Source: a virus (taxonomy: Duplodnaviria; Caudoviricetes). From it: a DNA stretch of 40,813 bases. The position numbers and the translations under genes are program-made. The stretch lies in IMG/VR virus record IMGVR_UViG_3300044267_003054, positions 1 to 40,813 of that record. One strand, given 5' to 3'. The notes under the pieces are model-generated. The model was not told the origin of the DNA, ran no database searches, and saw nothing but the letters and a program-made list of their open reading frames with translations. Positions 35,337 to 40,813 of the stretch are shown here, in pieces. Numbering within the stretch: the stretch's first letter is position 1; each line of letters opens with the position of its first letter.

Positions 35337-37633
35337 CGCCTGCCATCGGGTCTTATATTAAACCGTGGGACCCCAAGCCGCCACTGGACTCCCGAGTCGC
35401 TACTCGCAACCTTCAAAGATATGCTGCGCCCGCGAACACGAAAATAAAGTTGATTGGTAAACTGCTCTACTGGACTGGTCGCTGTCCGTGTCGTCGCGTT
35501 GTTTTGCACCTGATCGTAATTAGCCCCCGGAAAATTGCGGGCCTGCACCGTAAACGTAGCTGTCGGGTCTGCTGCGGTAGACCCTGCAAACGTCAAATCA
35601 GGTATAACTTTGTCGACAAAACTAAACTGATCTCCTTGACCTATGTCAAACTGGGAAGACTCAATGTAAGCTGACAGTGCAGCGCCATCATTATCTGTTC
35701 CCTTCTCATGGTTATAAAGATAGGCGGTGGAGCCAGCGCTAGTGGCAAGAGGGAACTGGCGCACACCCCGGTCTAACCATGCTGTCCGTGACAGAACGCC
35801 ATAGTACCAAACTTTTTCACCGTAGTTATAGATAACATAGTTTGAGTTCTCTTCGCTATCCGCAGCAGGATAAAACCAGACAACCTCATTAAACTCAGAG
35901 TTAACCCCTGCATACACACGGGCCCTCTGGGAATGGTTGAAATCACTAAACACTTTGTCTTTTACGGCACAGGGCAACTGTTGCACTCGCCCATCGTAAA
36001 TATAGAAGGTGTCCCGCCCCATCCAGAAAGCAACATCGTCTACTGCGATGGCTGCATTGGGGCCCATGATTGTGGATACCCCCAACTGAGTGATGCCGAA
36101 AGTATAAGGAGGACCCAACCATGTCATCGAATGGATACTGGTCTCCGTCCACACCAGGATTTCCCGCTTTGTTTCGATAGCCTGCACAAACTCTGACCCG
36201 CTACCAATAATAAGAAAGCCACCTTCCTTCGCGGTGTCGCTGATGTCCCAGTCCGTAATGCTTTCGCTATCACTAAACCGTATAAGCAGCGGGTCCTGTG
36301 TAGAACTGCCTACTGGGTTACAGCCAAAGGCAATGCAATGCCGTGACCTGTCCGACACTAAGATCTGCCTGCACACCGTAGGGACATCCACTCCGCCTGC
36401 AATGGAGGTAAGCTCTACACCTCTAGCCGCTATCCCGCTTGCACGGTCCCAGTAATAAATGGCCCCGTCTCTGACGTTGTACAGAAGGTCCTGCCCAAAG
36501 TTATCATGTGACCAGAGCCTTAGCTCGTTCTCCACAGTGATGGCTGCACTTTCTCCCCACCCGATGAACCCCCTTGCGTCCTGAACTGTAGAGCCATCCG
36601 CATGAGTGGCCCCCGTAGTCCCTCGCGTGGCGCGGGTAATCCCCGTTAAGTCGTTAGTAGATATACCCGTATAGGTAATCAGTTCATTGTCTATAAGAAC
36701 CACGCCCAGATAAGTGGCTGAAGCTCCAGAGGAATGCGCTGCTGCCGTAGTTCCATAAGACCCTCGCGTGAGGTCGGTTAGTGTGTTTCCCGATACAGTT
36801 CTGTAACGGATAATCTCGCTGCCCACCGACAGGCTTCCCTCATCAGGAAATGACGAGGCGTCTGCCAGGACAACGGATTCGGAAATATCTGTAATATCTC
36901 CGTTCAATGTTGTCGTTGCAGACGAAAACCCTGTGGATGAGGTCAGCGTAATATTAGATGTGCTCGACGTACTTGATATCGCCCCGTTCAGCGTAGTGGC
37001 CGCGCCACCAAGAATCTGACCACCCCACAACCCTGCTCCCCATCCGGTTCCACCTGACGAAGTGGATGGGCCCACGTTAACTTGATACTTTGCTGTAAAC
37101 GTATCGCCTCCAGATCCAGCCCCAGTAGAAGTCGCAGCACTGGCCACGGTTATGACGTATACGTTTGAATCCACCACCTGAGTAATTTGGTGCTCTATAT
37201 TCAGATCTGCTGCGGGCACTCCGTTAACAGCACTTAGCCCTGTGTAGGTTACGAAGTCTTCAGCCTGAGCCCCGTGTCCCGCATCTGTAACTCGGATTGT
37301 TGTTTCCGTGTTGGTTGTCACCAGAGCCGCCGCCGTCAAGGACGCCGTTCTCCTGACGGGGGTGACATCATAAAAGGTAAGGCCTGTCTCAATGTAATAT
37401 TTTAGGTTGGTCCCCAGGCCCAGGACATTACTGCCGTCTAAGAGTATCCAGTTGTGCAACGCACGGCATGTCCCCAGAAAAGAATTAGCAGAATACTTTT
37501 CCCAGCCCCCCAGCTTCTCAGGGACGCCGTACCTGAACCGCACCATATCGCAATCAAACCACCCACCCTCGTTTGCATATGAGGTGGTCTCCCTCACGAT
37601 ACCCGGACGGAGCGCAATGTTCTGATACGGCAT
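35333..37633 (-). CDS. Tail nozzle / packaged-DNA stabilisation protein (P22 gp10-like beta-propeller)
   Basis: PG..RE.T.Y..EG.W.D...VRFR.G.PEK.GGW N-terminus, IRFSD.E, FNEV.WFYP, C-terminal R.RGR...WRLG.....PDGRR. Confidence 0.8.
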   Translation of the reverse strand: MPYQNIALRPGIVRETTSYANEGGWFDCDMVRFRYGVPEKLGGWEKYSANSFLGTCRALHNWILLDGSNVLGLGTNLKYYIETGLTFYDVTPVRRTASLTAAALVTTNTETTIRVTDAGHGAQAEDFVTYTGLSAVNGVPAADLNIEHQITQVVDSNVYVITVASAATSTGAGSGGDTFTAKYQVNVGPSTSSGGTGWGAGLWGGQILGGAATTLNGAISSTSSTSNITLTSSTGFSSATTTLNGDITDISESVVLADASSFPDEGSLSVGSEIIRYRTVSGNTLTDLTRGSYGTTAAAHSSGASATYLGVVLIDNELITYTGISTNDLTGITRATRGTTGATHADGSTVQDARGFIGWGESAAITVENELRLWSHDNFGQDLLYNVRDGAIYYWDRASGIAARGVELTSIAGGVDVPTVCRQILVSDRSRHCIAFGCNPVGSSTQDPLLIRFSDSESITDWDISDTAKEGGFLIIGSGSEFVQAIETKREILVWTETSIHSMTWLGPPYTFGITQLGVSTIMGPNAAIAVDDVAFWMGRDTFYIYDGRVQQLPCAVKDKVFSDFNHSQRARVYAGVNSEFNEVVWFYPAADSEENSNYVIYNYGEKVWYYGVLSRTAWLDRGVRQFPLATSAGSTAYLYNHEKGTDNDGAALSAYIESSQFDIGQGDQFSFVDKVIPDLTFAGSTAADPTATFTVQARNFPGANYDQVQNNATTRTATSPVEQFTNQLYFRVRGRSISLKVASSDSGVQWRLGVPRFNIRPDGRR

Positions 37634-37639
37634 GAAAGT

Positions 37640-38221
37640 CTACTCCGCGAGTTCAGGCCAATCGTACAGGATGCCTGACTTCGTGGTTTTGCCATCGCTA
37701 TCCGTGGTGTACTTAACGAACAAAGCCTCCATTGCTTTTGTGCTAGAAGCCTTATCAATGGCCTCTTCCATTTCGGTAGCCTTTGCGCGGATCGCGTCAC
37801 GCCACGTCTGGATGTTGGAGGGCACCGCTGTCCCGGCGTCTGCCTTGCGGATAATTACCCAATCAGTCAAAGCAAGATATGAAGCCTGTTGAGATTTGAC
37901 TTCCTCCTTCAGCTTACTCTTAACGCCAAGGGTGACTAGCTGCTTACCATTAGCATCCAGAATGGGCTTGCCGTCTTTGTCCACTTCGTTGGTATCATCT
38001 AGCGGTTTGTTTTTAGAAGTGACGCTGCCTGTAGCTGTGTGAGAAGAAGTGTAGAGGCGCTGATCGGGAAACGGTTGCAAGACAACTTCTTTAATTCCAG
38101 CAGCCTTCTTCTCCTCTGCGCTCCAGATGTGCCAATTCTTTGGCTGCACAGTGCCGCTCGCGTCTTGCCATGACCTTCCGGGCTTAATTGACTGATCGCC
38201 AACTTTATAAATCGTAGTCAT
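37640..38221 (-). CDS. Tail fibre assembly chaperone-like protein
   Basis: P.NW...WS..EK...G, L..TDW..IRK......P......R..IR, C-terminal WP. Confidence 0.7.
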   Translation of the reverse strand: MTTIYKVGDQSIKPGRSWQDASGTVQPKNWHIWSAEEKKAAGIKEVVLQPFPDQRLYTSSHTATGSVTSKNKPLDDTNEVDKDGKPILDANGKQLVTLGVKSKLKEEVKSQQASYLALTDWVIIRKADAGTAVPSNIQTWRDAIRAKATEMEEAIDKASSTKAMEALFVKYTTDSDGKTTKSGILYDWPELAE

Positions 38222-38235
38222 CTTGCGTCTCCAAT

Positions 38236-38352
38236 CTATCTAACGCGCATGTGCGATTTCGGCCCCAGCTTCTTTCGATGCCGAAGATGAACAGGCTTAC
38301 TCCTGCGGCGGATTATCTTTCGCTCTACCTTGGTTTGCATCTTTTGAGCCAT
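38236..38352 (-). CDS. Very basic micro-protein (38 aa, absent from the ORF track)
   Basis: MAQKMQTKVERKIIRRRSKPVHLRHRKKLGPKSHMRVR after AAGGTG. Confidence 0.4.
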   Translation of the reverse strand: MAQKMQTKVERKIIRRRSKPVHLRHRKKLGPKSHMRVR

Positions 38353-38464
38353 ACCGCACCTTTTTGTTTTTCTCTGTCTTTACCGCTCTACGCCGCCAGA
38401 ACATTGCCTGTTCAGCTTGTGCTTTCTGCGACAAAGGATACCAGACCTTGCCAACCTTGATCAC
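38297..38464 (-). CDS. Hypothetical 55-aa protein (absent from the ORF track)
   Basis: GTG start coupled to the tail-fibre stop (GTGA); MIKVGKVWYPLSQKAQAEQAMFWRRR... Confidence 0.35.
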   Translation of the reverse strand: MIKVGKVWYPLSQKAQAEQAMFWRRRAVKTEKNKKVRYGSKDANQGRAKDNPPQE

Positions 38465-40245
38465 CTAGCTCTTGCTTGCGCTACACCGTCGCCACCAAAT
38501 GGATCTTCTGCAAACGCTAAATACATATATGACGCAGAGCCATTATATCCACCATCCGTGGTTCTTAACTTAAATCCATTAGCAATAAAATCATACGCTG
38601 TTGAGGCGCTATCGGTTCCAGTGTCATTGGCATTAAGACCCAGTGCCGTTGGGTTATATGGAGATCTAACTGCGTCTTGAATATGCCACGCATAGCCAGC
38701 TTCTAGTCTTTTGACCATTACCCAAGCTGGCTTAAAGCCAGATGCGCCATCATCAACTTGTATAAATGCTCCGTCGGCAGAGCCATTACCCGTGTAGGTT
38801 CCCATGCCAATTAGTCCCGGCGTCTTGGCAAAAGCATAGAACACATGGCTATTGTTAGCCGTTAACCATGCACCATTATCTTGCGTAGAAAACACAGTAG
38901 CTGTCGGATCAGTGTTATTCCAAACTGCCGTGCTAGATGCGGGCGCGTCAGTAGTATTAAGAGTTAAATATTTTCCAGCACCTTGTGATTCAAGAAAGGT
39001 CCAATACTGACCTGTCGATACTCTGTCTTTGACAATGATCATTCCGGGCGCACGGCTGAGGCCATGACCAATCGTGATTGCGCCAGTGGTGCCAGTAGTA
39101 AATGTTCCAATACTGAACCCGCCGTGACTCGCTGCGCTAACTGAACTCGTAACATTCCCCTGGACATTGCTAGAAGGAGACCCACCAGCCTTCATGCAAT
39201 ACCCCACGTAAGTTGCACCGCTCCTATTTAGTTCTTCAACAACACCGCCGTGATGAATTACCGTGAACCCGTCAGAGTCAAAGCTCTCAAATTCTTGGTT
39301 CGCACCACTTTGTTCTGTGTTGGTACTACTTGCCATTCTCAACATAGCATCGGCACCACGAACAACGTCCACCACATTCCAGTTTGTGGCGACGGAACGA
39401 CATTTTAACCAAACGAAGTCAGGCTGAAATCCCGCGCCAGTTACCGCTAAGGTTCCACCATTCCCGGTGTACAAAAGCGTATTAAAGAAATCATCTGGCT
39501 TGGTTACAGTCGGAGCCGCAAGATTGGCGGTGTTGACTGCTTTGTAGCCACTTGACGGCGTTTGCTCGAAAGTGGTCTGCCCGAAATTATATGTCTGAGA
39601 GTTTGTTGCCGCTGCTTGATATGTGTGTTGAGCAAAAAGGACCGGCGTTCCAGCAAGAGCCGTTTTACCCGCTCCCGCTGTTATTGTGTTTCCAGAATTT
39701 ACAGTTGCGAAAGACCCACCGCTCGGCTTTCTCCACGCAAAAACGTCTCCCGTAGAGTTGTCTAATTCAAAATGAAATACGTCACCATTGGTCAGTTGGA
39801 AGCCCAGATCGGTCACCATATCACTTCCCGCAAATCGGCTTCTTGCATTAGTGGTGCTGCCCGGATCATTAACTAACGCCCATCCGCTATTTGCAGTAGC
39901 GCCAATATTGTCGCCACCACTAGTTCGATCTGATGATTTCATCAAACCTATCACGGTATTTGTATCATGAGTCGTGACAGTAACTTCCCACGCAAATTTC
40001 CCTGATCCATCTGTTTGTAAGGTTGAGCGAGTGCTTGAGTGATTAGAGCCTGAACCAACTATTGTTAAATTGCCATTAGATAAAACACTTGCACCTTGTA
40101 CCTGATCTATAGGAGATAAAGTTGCAAAGTTCCCAATATCGTTACTTGCATCATCAGAACATGAATCTTCAAATTGATTAGCAGCAGACATACTTACTGC
40201 GGACCAATCCTGTGGAAAGTAGACCGGGGAATATGACTGCGGCAT
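38461..40245 (-). CDS. Tail fibre / receptor-binding protein (SPRY/ConA-like domain + repeated YTGNG..GF.PD.VW.K.R domains)
   Basis: NFATL.P, LSNGNL, SGK..WE, NFGQ..F...P.GYK, YTGNG, GFQPDFVWLK.R, C-terminal Y.AFAE.PF. Confidence 0.75.
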   Translation of the reverse strand: MPQSYSPVYFPQDWSAVSMSAANQFEDSCSDDASNDIGNFATLSPIDQVQGASVLSNGNLTIVGSGSNHSSTRSTLQTDGSGKFAWEVTVTTHDTNTVIGLMKSSDRTSGGDNIGATANSGWALVNDPGSTTNARSRFAGSDMVTDLGFQLTNGDVFHFELDNSTGDVFAWRKPSGGSFATVNSGNTITAGAGKTALAGTPVLFAQHTYQAAATNSQTYNFGQTTFEQTPSSGYKAVNTANLAAPTVTKPDDFFNTLLYTGNGGTLAVTGAGFQPDFVWLKCRSVATNWNVVDVVRGADAMLRMASSTNTEQSGANQEFESFDSDGFTVIHHGGVVEELNRSGATYVGYCMKAGGSPSSNVQGNVTSSVSAASHGGFSIGTFTTGTTGAITIGHGLSRAPGMIIVKDRVSTGQYWTFLESQGAGKYLTLNTTDAPASSTAVWNNTDPTATVFSTQDNGAWLTANNSHVFYAFAKTPGLIGMGTYTGNGSADGAFIQVDDGASGFKPAWVMVKRLEAGYAWHIQDAVRSPYNPTALGLNANDTGTDSASTAYDFIANGFKLRTTDGGYNGSASYMYLAFAEDPFGGDGVAQARAR

Positions 40246-40247
40246 GA

Positions 40248-40813
40248 CTACCTCGCCCGCGCTAAGTTAAATGGTTGGTCTGCAAATGCGATGTATAGGT
40301 TCTTCGCACCGCTTTCATTATAGCCGCCAGCATTAGATCTAATCTTAAAACCGTTAGCCGTAAAATCTATATCAGAGTTTGAATCCGTATATTGCGCGGC
40401 TGTCGAATTAGCCATTAGGTCAAGATCAGTCGGGTTGTACGGATTTCTGGCGCTGTCTCTTATAAACCAATTACCATTGTTACTGCCGCTATATTCTTTA
40501 ATCATTAACCAAGCCGGTCTAAATCCAGAAGCGCCGTCATCAATGGTTACCATTGGGCCGTCAGTAGAGTTGTTGCCAGTGTACGTCCCGATACCAATTA
40601 ATCCTGGCGTCCTAGCAAAAAAGTACCCCACAAAAGTTTCGCTGGATGTATTGACATATCCGCTTGTGCCAAGTGTCCATACAGATGTAGTTGGCGCAGT
40701 ATCGTTGAGCCATGTAGCATCTTGCACGTCATTAGTTAAATTCAAATTGACATACTTATCTTCTGGGGCAGAGGCATCTAATCCTTCATGGTAAACCGCC
40801 CAGTCTTGCGCTA
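40248..40813 (-). CDS. Tail fibre / receptor-binding protein paralog, 5'-truncated by the window edge
   Basis: Frame open to the window end (AQDWAVYHEG...); shares TPGLIG.GTYTGN.S.DG, DDGASGF.PAW.M.K, DF.ANGFK.R and AFA..PF...ARAR with the next gene. Confidence 0.75.
   Translation of the reverse strand, partial: AQDWAVYHEGLDASAPEDKYVNLNLTNDVQDATWLNDTAPTTSVWTLGTSGYVNTSSETFVGYFFARTPGLIGIGTYTGNNSTDGPMVTIDDGASGFRPAWLMIKEYSGSNNGNWFIRDSARNPYNPTDLDLMANSTAAQYTDSNSDIDFTANGFKIRSNAGGYNESGAKNLYIAFADQPFNLARAR

Noticed and set aside
38461-40813. Diversity-generating retroelement TR/VR pair in the tail-fibre paralogs
   Set aside because: Differences are spread over all bases, mainly at third codon positions rather than adenine-specific; both copies are coding and no reverse transcriptase is in the window

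Overview
The whole window is most of the genome of a tailed dsDNA phage, probably a podovirus of the marine uncultured/alphaproteobacterial type. The large terminase, portal and capsid genes are not in the window and presumably lie beyond its ends. Layout, left to right: (i) small terminase on the minus strand; (ii) a promoter region and an unannotated, highly structured ~300-nt non-coding leader (974-1270); (iii) a GC-rich plus-strand early operon (PAPS-reductase/DndC-like enzyme, MoxR-type AAA ATPase, DUF3150-like protein, HExxH peptidase-vWA protein, several hypotheticals). Nine consecutive genes of this operon are each preceded by the same 43-49-nt element (G/C hairpin + TTTCAYTYA + purine SD), and the operon ends in one strong terminator; (iv) a replication/recombination module (RHH regulator, DUF6456-like regulator, T7/Twinkle-type primase-helicase, AT-rich palindromic origin candidate, RusA, PD-(D/E)xK exonuclease, DUF968-like nuclease), with no recognisable DNA or RNA polymerase or integrase; (v) a long minus-strand late operon (paralogous tail-fibre proteins, chaperone, tail nozzle, ejection/internal virion proteins, a 3330-aa polyvalent protein, M15 endolysin, membrane/lysis genes and a cluster of very basic microproteins). 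The best candidate for an undescribed system is the structured leader RNA together with the nine-copy intergenic hairpin element. All functional calls come from motif recognition by eye; no database search was run.
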